Source of the DNA: Octopus sinensis
Lineage: Eukaryota
Direction: 5' to 3'
Assembly: GCF_006345805.1 (NCBI RefSeq)
Contig: NC_042997.1
Location: 96,906,001-96,970,000, forward strand
DNA: 64,000 nucleotides
Below, piece after piece: positions 51,750-64,000 of the stretch. Below the pieces are notes generated by a model. The model made no database searches and was not told the DNA's origin. It saw only the letters and a program-made list of their open reading frames with translations. Position numbers and translations under genes: made by a program. Each line of letters begins with the position of its first letter. The stretch's first letter is position 1.

Positions 51750-52038
51750 AAGCCACACGCAGAAAGTGGACTCTAAAGTCAAACAAATTAAATAAACAGG
51801 CACCGAATTCGAGGGAATAAGTATAGGAGAAATTCCGTTAAAAAGGGTTTAGTCATATATCATTAATGATTTCGTTGTCAGCATGTATAATATGCCCTCC
51901 ATTCATCAGTGTAGACATAACCAGGAAAATATAAGTATAAACGTTTATACATACAGTGCGAACATACCCTCGAATTCGGTGCCTGTGTAATTTTATTGAA
52001 TTAGCTTGAATTTAAAGTCCCCTTACAGCGTGTGACTT
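51750..52038. repeat. Inverted repeat element with perfect 20 bp core (51796-51815 / 51967-51986) enclosing a hammerhead
   Basis: acaggcaccgaattcgaggg / ccctcgaattcggtgcctgt; outer aagccacacgc / gcgtgtgactt. Confidence 0.8.
51846..51922 (-). ncRNA. Hammerhead ribozyme candidate (intact core, imperfect stems)
   Basis: GGTTATGTCTACA-CTGATGA-[29 nt, GGCAT/ATGCT hairpin]-GAA-ATCATTAATGAT-A-TATGACTAAACC; 12 nt perfect palindrome as stem III; AUA triplet. Confidence 0.6.
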
Positions 52039-52079
52039 TGCTTATAGTAATAGTCCTTAACATAATATATATATATAAT

Positions 52080-52110
<31 letters not shown>

Positions 52111-52114
52111 GTGT

Positions 52115-52152
<38 letters not shown>

Positions 52153-52193
52153 TGTATGTATGTATGTAATTATGTATGTGTATGTATATATAT

Positions 52194-52438
52194 CGTTGCT
52201 ATGATGCAAAAGTATCGTCAGTCCAAAACGTAGCTTTTTTAGAAAACGAAAATATAGTTTCACCATTCCATAGCAAAACCGTTGTACTACACTTGGACAA
52301 ATTTCTATATCTTGGCATCTGAAGCAGCTGAAGATACAATAGTCTGACTAAAAGAACCGGTTATTGCAAGCAAATATAAATATTGAAAAAAACGCATTTG
52401 GCCAAACTTGGACATACGATAGTTTAGCATAATAGCAA

Positions 52439-52440
<2 letters not shown>
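52194..52440. mobile_element. MITE, same family as 5211-5584 (internally shorter)
   Basis: cgttgctat...aatagcaacg in (TA)n. Confidence 0.75.
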
Positions 52441-52528
<88 letters not shown>

Positions 52529-53469
52529 GGGGGTTGCTGTTTATCGTTTTAAAGTCGATTTTACACATTTAAATTGAAACGTGGTGTGCCTTTACGATAA
52601 TTCGAAAAGTGTTAAAGTAAAAACCGTGATTATGGAGATTAAGAAAATTATAAAGATGGAAAAGAGAAATCATATAAATGATAACCAGATGAAGCAAAAT
52701 GCGATAAATAATTCAAGATATGGAATTCATAATTAACTATAGGAGGTGTGCATATGAAAAGAGAATTTTGTATTGTCATGATGGCGTGTAGGATAGTAAT
52801 ATTAAAGTGTATATCGTTAATGAGTTTGCGTAAGGGAAAAAGAAAACTAGTCTGATGTTATGGAAAATATTGTACAATGCAAATATGCTTGTTAGAGATT
52901 TGTGTGAATTGTAACAACATGGGGCGGCGTTATCAAAATATCAACTGTTAACCACACGCACGCACACACAAACATACACACACTCACACACTTAAGTGTA
53001 TATCTGCAAATCACTACGTTTTATTTACAAACCTTAAAACGAATGCCCACGAAGCCATAGAAATTACGCTCCTTCTCACTAGGATAAGTCGTTGACTTTT
53101 TATATTGCTAGCGAAAAACCTTACCATTCTTTTTTAAAATTCTTTCACTTCCTTCAATCTGTAGAGAAAGAACGATGTTGGCTGATCTAGAAGAATGCAT
53201 GGGAGGGGGTTGCATCCCTTACAAAGCAAACTACGGTATTCATGTATGGAGCTAGTTTGTTGGTGGAAATTGACATCGTTTATTGACATGGCAATCACAG
53301 CATCATGAAAAACATTGAAAATTTTAGGGAAAGAATTCTTGTAGAAATTTTATAATGTTGCTTTCTGAGTTCTCTTTGCAATGGGAGACATATCCTGTGA
53401 CCTCTGAAGTGATGAACGAATATATAGTACGTGTGGAAACATGGCCTTGCAGCAATGGTTCTGAATGGA

Positions 53470-53740
53470 GGGAGAACTGTCAAGGTCAAGGGGATATGTG
53501 AAGATCTTCCCAAGACACGGTGTGGAACAAATGTAGCAGTTTCCGGAGCCTTCTTGAGGCCGTGGTGGAAGCAGAGGGCGGCTAGTTTGAGTAAGCAGTT
53601 ATCTCCTGGCCATAATCTACTTCATAATTTTATATCTTTTAAGATACTTTTAAATGATTATTCCGGAGCATATTCACTATCTACTTCAATTACTACTTCC
53701 CATTTGCTTGGCAGATGGTCAGACTATCATTTAAAGATGT
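53470..53740 (+). mobile_element. Tc1/mariner transposase 3' fragment
   Basis: ...CSSFRSLLEAVVEAEGG*FE* C-terminal motif. Confidence 0.6.
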
Positions 53741-53799
53741 TTTTGCTAAATATTGTTATTATTTTTGCTGAATAAAATATGTTGAAAAAACAAAGCTGC

Positions 53800-55769
53800 A
53801 CCAACCCAATATATATATTCTGGCTTATTCTGGAAAACAACACTTTCTTCTTCACTGGAAAGAATTACATCCAAATTAAAGGCACGGCGATGGGAACGAT
53901 GTTTGCCCCTGTTCACGCAAATTCTGTAATGGGATACTAGGAACAGCAGCTCCACCAAGAAGTAGAGGAAATCTATAGCACTGAATTTAGAAAGTACATT
54001 GAAAAGTATGGAAGAGATACCTAGACGACTGCTTCATAATCTGGACACAATCTCTAAATACTCTGGAAGAGTTCAATATCCTCCTGAACAACCTACATCC
54101 ATCTCTCCAATTTTCAAGGGAGATGGGTAGTACCAAATTACCATTCCTAGATATAATGGTAATTAAAAAGGACACCACCATAACCACAGATATATACTAT
54201 AAACGCACGGACACACATCAATACCTGAATTTTAAGTCGTGCCATCTACCACATACAAAATGCAACATCCCATACTGCCTAGCCAGAAGAATTTGTATCA
54301 TTGTAGAAGATGCGACTATCAGGAACAAACGCCTAACCGAACTAAGAGAATTTTTACTCAAACAAAAATATCCGTCTCTACTTATAGAAAATGGCAAACA
54401 GCGGACTATAAAAATACCCATACAACGACTTAGGATGACCCAAAGCGGAGGAAAACAAGAACAAGTCATACCACTTATAGTGACACACAACCCATGTTAC
54501 CAGAATATCTTCAATACTGCCAAAGCAATCCTACCAATCATTACTCAAAGTAATGAATTAAAATATATAATCACGGATCGAGCTATGATTCTTAGTAAAA
54601 GACAGCCTAACACTTGAAAAAATTATTAGCAAAGGCAAGATTTGACCTTAGCAACAAAGACCAAACATTCACTGTATCTAGATGCAATGATAACCAATGT
54701 GCACCCGCCAATTCATACATACCGGACAATATATGAACACAAAAACCGGAAAAATATTCATAAACGCAAATATCAACTGCAAAAACAGAAATTTAGAATA
54801 ATTGTAGTTTTTGTCACTGTTTACAATTGTTTACAAATTTGGTATAACGATGTATACTAATTATGAAAAGGAAATTCATTTTTCCTATAAATCGACAATT
54901 AAAAAAGGTATTAGCCTTTAAAATTTGCAAAATTTGGGTATTCAGAAGCTAGTATTTTACACATGACCATATCGAAAACCCAAAGATGCTGCGCAGGCGC
55001 ACAAGGAGCAGAAGGAGATATGAGAAAGATAATCAACCATAATAATACTCTTGTGTTTTTCTCCGTTGCAACATGTTGAATGACAAAGGAAGGGGTGATA
55101 GATGAATAAGGAAGAAAGGGATAATGGCAAACTGATAGTGGGGGAGACGTTTCAACTCTGTGTGTGTATGTAAAAGGGGGTGGTATGTGAATGTTTGTGA
55201 ATGTGTGTGCAATGGAAGTGGGATGGTAAACATTTAAGACTGAAAAGAAACATCAAACGGCATTTCAACTCTGTGTGGGTATATGTGTGCATGTGTGTGC
55301 ATAGCAATGCTTTGACATGCCGATGCCCGCCCCCGATCATGGAAGAGGCAATGATTGGCTGAAAATTCATAAAATTATCAAACTTCAAACACATGTAACA
55401 TTTTTGAAATTTTTTTCTGGAATAAATGAATAACAAATTCGGATTCAGCGTCAAAACTTACATCTATATGATACATTAAAACATTTTTTTAAAGATAACC
55501 GCAAAGATCCGAAATTTAATTTACTGTATCAAATACCCGAATATGTGGATCAGTCTGGTAATGCACTATCAGAACGGTCACGTGTGCACCGACGGCAAAT
55601 TAGAAACCCAGATGTCCGTCAGATACCTTTGAATAACCATCTAGCAACATGTGGTCGGAAAATATTTATAATATTTCCAGTCCACAAACTACACAGTCCA
55701 AGGGAAATCGAGAGAAAGATCAGAGAAAAGAACCTTACTGATAAATTTCAACCCAACCTAAATAAATAA
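53800..55769 (+). mobile_element. Penelope-like element (RT, thumb, Cys linker, GIY-YIG) interrupted by ~715 bp at 54796-55510
   Basis: LENNTFFFTGKNYIQIKGTAMG; RYLDDCFIIW; LPFLDIMV..TDIYYKRTDTHQYL; INCKNRNL|IYCIK..YVDQSG..KIREKNLTDKFQPNLN*. Confidence 0.9.
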
Positions 55770-56039
55770 TAATAATACTTAGAGGTAATATTTCTACTGT
55801 TACGACCACTACCACTTACAACAACAATACTAAAGATTCTCATGATGACGATAATAGGAAAATACTAGAAAAGTCAAGAGAAAAATTACTAAAAATAATT
55901 TTGTTTGGGGTTTAAAGTTTCATTACCACAGCTACTGCTACCACCACTAACAACAACAACAACAATAATAAAGGTGATGATAATGGTGATGATGATAATT
56001 GAAAGGTAAAAATCCCTGGGAAATGTTTATAACATTTCT

Positions 56040-56845
56040 AAAAATAGCCAAACAATTACTGCTTTGGCCAGGGTCAAAATACGGGCCTCTTGATATGTTT
56101 AACAAACCGTGACGCTTAAACCAAGCACCGATCAACTTAAGTAATTTACTGAAGCCACACACTGATTGATCAGAATTTTGTCGACTACACAGTATATTAG
56201 GGTCTGTCAATCTCAGGACAGTGCAAATTGAAGACAGTGCAATCTGAGGCCATGTACAGAGAGTGATAAAAATCAAACATCTATTCATCATCCTTAATGA
56301 TTGGAGTAATCACTTGTGATGGCGACGTTATGCCTCCATTCATGTTCCCACACGCCCTCAGACCCAATACAGAGGCCTATATCAAGTACCTGGAGGAGGA
56401 AGGTCAAGAGGCTGACTGCTGGAAGACCCTGTGTCTGGCAAAAGGACTCTGCACCATGCCACGCAAGCGGGGAACCCAGTCATGGCTTCCAGGCAATTTC
56501 TGCGATCACATCACCTCTAACATCTGGCCACCTGACTCCCCAGACTGCAACCTCCTTGATTATTATGTGTGGGGCGCAGTTGAGCAAGAGACCAACAAAA
56601 CTCCTTGTATCTCCAAAGATGAACTGAAGACAAGGATTATCGCAGCATTCACCACCTCAAACAAGGAGACCGTCCAGAAGAGCTGTAGAAGATTCCGAAG
56701 TTGTCTGTAGGCTGTGGTTGAAGCCAACGGCAATTTTATTGAATAGATTTACTGTTTAGTATTTCAAGATATTTTTATGTAATTCTGGTAAATATATTTG
56801 TTAAAACGAGATGTCAGTGTTATTTTCATTTTTGCATAATCTTCT
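56040..56845 (+). mobile_element. DD37D (maT/Bmmar1-like) transposon remnant
   Basis: WQKDSAPCH...IWPPDSPDCNLLDYYVWG. 37 residues between the last two Asp after correcting one frameshift; ends VVEANGNFIE* (56746). Boundaries approximate. Confidence 0.85.
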
Positions 56846-57219
56846 CTCTAATTTTGTCCCTCTCTTTTGCTTTAGGAACCACATTCATTCTTAAAACTTA
56901 ATATTATGCATGTTTCTAGTTTAGACGATAGTTTCTTCACCGCACCATGTGTGTGGGTGTGTGTGTGTGTGTGTGCGTGTGTGTGTGTGTGTGGTAATGA
57001 AGCATTCTGTTTCATCTGCTAATCAATATGTGGATGATATTCGATCATTAATAACATTTATTCACTATCAGAATATATACTCCCTATTAGTGTTATCACA
57101 TTAGTTTAGTTTTAGACCAATTGTAATGGTCACGTTGAGATCAACACCATATGAAATATATTTTGAGAATGCTGACCCCCTACCGCTAATGGGATATGAC
57201 TACATTGAACGGAACTTAC

Positions 57220-57355
57220 TTCTTCAGCTGCTTTGAATACACGCAGTAGATTTTCACCAGCCAGCTTAGCAAGATCATCATTCGACCAACCACGTTTTAC
57301 AAGTTCAGCGAATAAATCAGGATATTTTGATACATCCTCTAAACCGATTGGTAAT
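57220..57355 (-). CDS. DPEP1: Membrane dipeptidase (M19, DPEP1-like), penultimate coding exon (136 nt)
   Basis: ttcag|[46 protein letters not shown] |gtaagt. [13 protein letters not shown]....KL.G.NLLRV is the M19 C-terminal signature. Confidence 0.93.
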
Positions 57356-58623
57356 CTGAAATATATAGATATGTCAATTTAATCGTTTATTTCATTTCAA
57401 TCACATAAGACTTCTTTAGGTTAAATGTAACTTCATTTGCTCTACTTGTTGGCACTTATTCTTACAACACACGCTTATTTACTCTGCAAACCAATTTCAA
57501 GTTGCAGTTAACTTTGTTTCATATATATTCCTATTTGTATTAAACCTTATTAGTGTCAGATTGACAGAATAGTTGTCTCCACGTTTTTGTTTTTGCTTGT
57601 TTTGTTTTTGTTCCTATGCCAACCGATTTGTTATTTATTCTGACAAATAGTATTGTGGTCAAGGCTTTTTAATCTATTAATGTCATTGCTTTATAATAGA
57701 ATAATAAATCTTTGTTGTTATATTTCGGGACGGTAATTTTTTTTTTTTTTTTGCCAAATAAACACACGTACTATATATTCGTTCATCACTTCAGGGGTCA
57801 CAGGATATGTGAAGAAAGATTTCAGACAAAGGACATAAAAAATAAGAGTAATAATAAATCTGAAATGAAGATCGAATATATAGTAATCCCGAAAAAATAT
57901 AACAATATCTGTTTCAACACACGATTTCACATCAAGAACCTTACAAAACAAATACATAAACATAATAGATATTTGTCTCAGTAAGGAAATGTACCTACTC
58001 TAACACAAAAATTCAATTTTACTTCTTATTCCCCAAGTGGAGCATCCTATTTAAATGGAGCGTTATTTAAGCCACTGGCCGACAATACTTCTCATGATTG
58101 TCTTTCTTTACAAATAAAATAGCTAAAAGCTTTCCTTTAGTTGAGATCGGCACTGCTAACAAGAGAACTAACCGCAAGCTATCAGCTATTAATACTTTCC
58201 ATGAATTTTTTCCCGTTCCCTGCGTAAATCATAATGCCTATTCTCCGCCATAAACTCAATACTGGAATTCCTAGTCAGAACAAAAGAGATCACCTCTTCA
58301 TATAATTCGTCAGCCACCAGCCACAGAACTTGCTACAAACAAATATCAATCCTACACTGTAGTACTCAGCAGCCAGCACCAGCCGTTGTTTGCTAGTAAA
58401 CAGCTACGGGAACTCTAGCACGTGAACTGATTCATCTAATGTGAACGAACCTTACTCATAATCCAAGGACCTTACTTAGAAAATGGGAAAGTTCTGTCAT
58501 TCAGAAGTCCTCACCCGAATTATCAGACGTGATTTTCACGCTACTACGAAATGTGCTAAATGCACATGTTTTTTGATCGTAGATATATGTGCGTTTGCAT
58601 ATATATATATATATATATATATA

Positions 58624-59154
58624 TCGTAAATCCTCGAGTATAGTCCGCCCTTGAGTATAATACGCAGGGGAATTTTATAGGGGGCAGTACCTCTGGAAAA
58701 ACTAAATCTTGTGTATGATACGCACCACTTCTCTAACTTGAGTCGAGCATAATTAAGTCAGCAGCACCTACTTGTACAAGCACTTCTGCGCATGCGTAAT
58801 ACAATAATGGTGATGTTCTTAACTGTTATATGGGAATGTAAATATGTTTGCAAATTATTTTTGTTACATGTTATTCTATGTTCTGAATACTTTTAAATAA
58901 ATTTTTAATAAATGTTGCCTACGGCAAGAGACGGATGATTCTTTTACGACTTCTTTGCTTTCAGGCTTAGCTTAAAGTATTTTCACGACCGACATCACAA
59001 AATGCGTCTGAATAAACATTACCGGACAGCAAATAGAGACTCGGACATTGCTTAGAAAATAATTTTCATTTTTAGCCTCGTATATAGTACGCACTAGGGA
59101 ATTTGACCTTTAAATTTTGGGGAAAAAATGCGGATTATACTCGAGGATTTACGG
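58624..59154. mobile_element. Non-autonomous pogo/Tigger-like element (MITE) with ~26 bp TIRs and TA TSD; solo TIR at 60346-60369
   Basis: TA|tcgtaaatcctcgagtatagtccgc ... gcggattatactcgaggatttacgg|TA. Confidence 0.85.
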
Positions 59155-60479
59155 TATATACACATTTTTATTGAAAACGTCACTTTACCCTTAGCGATGG
59201 CACTTTGCAGTCTAGTCGATAACTCTGAAAAAATATAATAGATGAAACTAATATAACCTTTGATCTGCAACAACTTATAATATCAATTGGTGATATTATG
59301 TGGCCAAACAAGGCAAGGCGGCAGTGAGCGCGCAGTTTCTCTTCTTATCTTTGCATAAGGGTTGGTTCTTAACAAAGATGATCTACATAATTACATTGAG
59401 ACACCATAAAATTGTTTCACAACAGCTGGGCCAAAATGACTTCTTTGCTTTACAGATCATAATGAAGCAATTGGCCTACTCATTGCTGATTCGATAGTCT
59501 TTTCAGACACACACACACATATACAAACACACACACACAAACACATGCACACACATATAAATATACATACATGCACTATATACAGAGAGGGAACTACATA
59601 TACGTAAATATATGTGTATACATTTGTGTGTAGGTGTGTGTATGCGCGTGTGTGTATAGTAGAGTGGTATAGTTTGATACATTTATAACACTTTTAAACC
59701 CAAACTATGGGAATTATGAGAAATATGCAAGCCAATGATTTGTACTTTTACCATGTGTTTCTATATTTCCGTGTTAGGCTCCCTTTTGAAGATTAGCATT
59801 TTTAAAATAAAATGTATGTATGTATGTCGTTATTCAGTTTCATTTCAAGATTTCTTGCCAATAGAGAGAGAGAGCCGGTTTCTAACTTAGATCTAAGGTT
59901 CCTTCATTGGAATTTCAACATCAACAACAAGGTATTTTTGTATGTATGTATTATGTATGTATGTATGAATGTATGTATGTATTATGTATGCATGTATATA
60001 TTAGTTCATATATGTATGTTTTGGGTGTATTCTCATGCCACTAGTTGCATATCTAGACATGCTCATATACATTTAAATGATCAAATTCTGGTAAGTTCTA
60101 CAGATTTCTACAGTCCCAATCATGGATTGGATTTGTAGTCTTCGAATCATCTATCTCCTTTTCGTGTTTTCAGAAGCCTAATTTCTCAAGATTGGTATTT
60201 TGGCAGTGTTACATATCGTAGGGTCCCAGTATGTGCGTATGTATGTAAGTATGTGTGTATATATATATATGTGTGTGTGCGTATGTGTGTGCATATATAT
60301 GCATGTATGTGAGTATTGTATATGTTGTGCGCATATATATATATACCGTAAATCCTCGAGTATAGTCCGATCGATAGATAGATGGATGTGTGAAATAATA
60401 ATATACGGGGATAATAGTTTGACTTTAACAGAAAATTTCAATTAAATGAGGTGCGATGAGTAAGAAACAGAGGTCCTAC

Positions 60480-60555
60480 CTCTCGACGCCATCATAGTCT
60501 CCTCCAATACCAACAGTCTCAACTCCAGCCACGTTTTTTATGTGGTCAATATGGT
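60480..60555 (-). CDS. DPEP1: Membrane dipeptidase (M19, DPEP1-like) coding exon (76 nt)
   Basis: acag|[28 protein letters not shown]|gtagg. DHIDHI...GIGGDYDG motif; phase joins the 57355 exon (AG+A = Arg). Upstream exons are not found in the window. Confidence 0.93.
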
Positions 60556-60934
60556 CTGTATTGATAATAAATAGAAAAGTGGATTAAAATCAAAGGAACA
60601 AAATTTACATCTAATAATAATATATGTATTTGTAAAATTTTGACTTCAAAGTAATGTACTGATTTTCATCATTTTGTTGGAAGGATAATGACACTTTCAA
60701 TGTTTTTTCACGTGAATGAGAGGGATGATGGCACTCGCAAGCCAAAGACCTGCCCCGAATTCTTGTAACAGAAACAACTCCAGCGCTAAAGGCACACAAC
60801 AACCACGTGTTATTGTTAATCTGGGATGTGGGTTAAGCCCATTACGCATTTACGTCAATGTGGGTGTTGCTCTCAGAACGCAAAGATTCCCAAGTATAAA
60901 CTACAAAGCAACCCATCCGGCAATGGAATGATTC

Positions 60935-61995
60935 CACTAGTTTATCGCCCTAGTTCATCGCCCAGTTCATTGCCCTAGTTCATCACCCAGTTCATCGCCC
61001 TAGTTCACCCAGTTCATCACCCTAGTTCGTCGAGTTCAACAACTAGTTCATTGCCCTAATTCCTCGCCCAATTCATTACCCAGTTCATCGCCCTATTTCT
61101 TCGCCCGGTCCCTCACTCTAATTCACCCAGTTCATCTCCCTAGTTCACCTAATTCATTGCCTAGTTCATAACCCTAGTTCATCACCCATTTCCTCGTCCA
61201 GTTCATCGCCCTAGTTCAGCGCCCAGTTCAGCGCCCTAGTTCCCCCAGTTAATCGCCTAGTTCACCGCCCTAGTTTACTCAGGTTATCGCTTAGTTCATC
61301 GCACTAGTTCCACGACCAGTTCATCACCCTGCGTCACCCTCTTCAACACCCTAGATCCCACATTTCATCACCTAGTTCATAACCCTAAGTCGCCCACTTG
61401 ATCGCCCAGTTTATCCCCTAATTATTTGCCTAGTTCATCGCCTAGTCCGTCACCCTAGTTCATCGCCCAGTTCAACACTCTAATTCACCCAGTTCATCGC
61501 CCAAGTTCGCCCGAGTTCGCCCAGTTCATAACCTAGTTGATCGCCCCAAATTCAACGCCCAGTCCATCGCCATAGTTCGCCCAGTTCATCGTCCTAGTTC
61601 ATAGACCATTTCATCGCCCTAATTTGCCCAGTTCATCACGTTAGTTCATCGCCAACCTCATTGCCCTAGTTCGCCCAGTTTATCGCCCTAGTTCATTGCC
61701 TTGTTCATTGCCCTAGTTCGCCCAGTTCATTGTCCTAGTTTTCACAGTTTATCGACTAGTTCATCACTCTAGTTCATCACCCAGTTTATCACCTGGTTCA
61801 TCACCCCATTTCTTCCACTTCATCGCCCTAGTTCACACACTTCATCGCCTAGTTCATCGCCCTACCTCGCACACTTCATCACCCAGTTCATTGCCCTGGT
61901 TTATCGCCCAGTTAATCGCATAGATCATTGGCCTAGGTCATCGCCCTAGTTCTCCCAGTTCATCGCTTAGTTTGTCGCCCAGTTTATTGTCCTAG
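60935..61995. repeat. Minisatellite of alternating 13/12 bp units (GCCCTAGTTCATC / GCCCAGTTCATC)
   Basis: About 1.06 kb of degenerate tandem units with shorter ~8 bp variants; no spacers, no ORF. Confidence 0.9.
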
Positions 61996-63326
61996 ACAGG
62001 GCGATTTTATTTTATAAAATTGGAATGATGAAAAGTAAAGTTGATCTTGGCAAGATTTGAAATTAGAACGTAAGGAACGTGAATAAATATGGAGCGGCAT
62101 TTTATACGACGCTCTAAGAATTATGTGAATACGATGACAATTCATCATGCACATATTGTCAAATTGTACACCATACAATTAACCGCTGTAGGTCTCAAAG
62201 ACAAATATGGACATCAACTAAACTTTGAGCAGGCATATCCAGAGTTATTGATTTGTGGGTCATAATTTGCACGATTGGCTACCTACGCGCTTTATGCCTG
62301 TGCGATCGGGGACTACACAAAACCATCTATGTTATAATCTCGGCCAACAAGCAATGTACGATTTACTGTATTGTACTTAAATGCTTCGTTTTCAATATCT
62401 TTCTAATTATTTGATACTGATAAAATTATTCCGTGAAGATTTGTGATCGTTTCCATGTTTAGTTCTTTTGAACACATGAAAGACGTTTCCAATTTCTTCT
62501 CCAAGACGCTGTTGTTAACTTCAACAAAGCACTGGTAATATTAATTATAAAAATAATCCCTAGGAAATTAAATGCGACTTACTGCTTAAGGGTGCGGAGA
62601 ACTGATATTATTTACGATTTTTGTTTACATTTACTTAAATATACTTGAGTATTTATATATGTCTGCCTGTGTGTACATATGTATTATTCAGCTTGCCGAG
62701 TAAATGTGACATCAGTAAATTTTCATTCATTGTTTAACGATGTCAGTTAGAGACCAATTTTCGTTTGGCATACGATACCAATGGATAATGGTTACTAACG
62801 AAGCAGAAGTGCGTATTTAGCAATGGCGTCACCGTTACTTTTTTGTCAGGTGCTGATATATTTCTGTGTTTTTTAACACTATAAGTCTATACGAGATGCT
62901 TCTCGGGAAGATAACCACAGTTTAGCAGATTTTAAATATGATATCCAGAATGCTAATTATACGCGCGCACGCGCACACACAGATACACACACATATATAT
63001 ATATATATTCAAGATTCAGTTGAATTAGATACTTAAATTGAAGCACCACGTTACAAGTAAAAAGAAGTGGGTCACTGGAGTCAATTATTCCTTGCCCTTC
63101 CTAAAACCTCAACTAACCACTAAAATTCTGTTATGATCAAATATGCACCATTCTGGTAAATCCATTCTGTCAACCGAAATAGTAGCAGAATCACTGGAAA
63201 TGCTTTTACTCCGTAGATTTTAAACTAGGTTAAATTATTTCATATGTGTTTTATTTTGAAAGCATTATATCAGTTTGAAAGAAATCGTTCACCTGAGATG
63301 ACCACGTAGACTTCAAACATAAACAA

Positions 63327-63410
63327 TAAACCATTTTTTAACAAATTTACATCAGTAATAGAAACCAAAATATTTACATTACTGATGTAAATTTGTTAAA
63401 AAATGGTTTA
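63327..63410. repeat. Perfect 33 bp hairpin with 18 nt loop
   Basis: taaaccattttttaacaaatttacatcagtaat (63327-63359) / exact reverse complement (63378-63410). Confidence 0.95.
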
Positions 63411-63593
63411 TCCTTTATGTTAGAAGTGTATGCGATCATCTGACGAGAACGGTTTCTTTCAAATTGATGTAATGTTTTCCTTAATCAATTAAATGGAGCC
63501 GCAGTCAAATGAGTGAAACAAGTAAAAGAATATATATATATAATATATATATATATACATATTTACATACACACATATATATATTTATATATA

Positions 63594-63664
<71 letters not shown>

Positions 63665-63797
63665 GTCAATATCTGACGAGGAGTCCATGGGGCAAGGCCC
63701 TTTATGGATGCGAAATTACCGGTCACTCTATGATCGGGCATAAACTTAACTGCATATAAATACACACACTCACACACACACATATGCACAGAGAGAT

Positions 63798-63799
63798 TG

Positions 63800-63857
<58 letters not shown>
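63798..63857. repeat. (GAAA)n microsatellite
   Basis: Seen directly. Confidence 0.95.
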
Positions 63858-64000
63858 GGGGAAAGAAAGAGAAAAGGAGTAGGAGAGCAGTGTGTCCCGA
63901 CGCGTGAATCGCTTTTATAAAATTTTCAGTTAAAATTAATAAAATAATACATATATTCAGTTGTATTTATTGTTTGTTTAACCAAACCTGCATACAAATA

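Noticed and set aside
60935-61995. Repeat array as CRISPR or as a repetitive protein
   Set aside because: Eukaryotic context, no unique spacers, no cas genes, and stop codons in the units.
63420-63730. Two CTGACGA + hairpin motifs (63440, 63673)
   Set aside because: The first lacks an intact GAAA and the second has no stem I partner; hammerhead relics at most.

Overview
AT-rich, microsatellite-dense animal genomic DNA. The abundant tRNA-derived SINEs resemble the octopus OK/OR-type families as I remember them, so this is probably an Octopus genome (inferred, not verified). One host gene is supported: three 3' coding exons of a membrane dipeptidase (peptidase M19, DPEP1-like) on the minus strand (60480-60555, 57220-57355, 36816-36905), with 3.1 kb and 20.3 kb introns. 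The rest is mostly mobile DNA. It includes a ~6.2 kb Tx1/L1-clade LINE with disrupted ORFs plus four truncated relatives, all abutting (GATA)n, and several Penelope-like (RT + GIY-YIG) relics. It also has Tc1, mariner, DD37D and pogo-like DNA transposons, MITEs, three SINE families, large foldback palindromes, a 1 kb minisatellite and a 100-N gap. Two unexpected signals stand out. First, a set of sequence-unrelated type I hammerhead ribozymes with palindromic stem III and unusually long (56-78 nt) stem II, repeatedly placed inside direct or inverted repeats near Penelope sequence. Second, a poly(A)-less Tx1 family that appears to insert specifically into (TATC)n. Most ORFs in the supplied track are microsatellite artefacts. 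All folds and alignments were done by eye, and some element boundaries are approximate.
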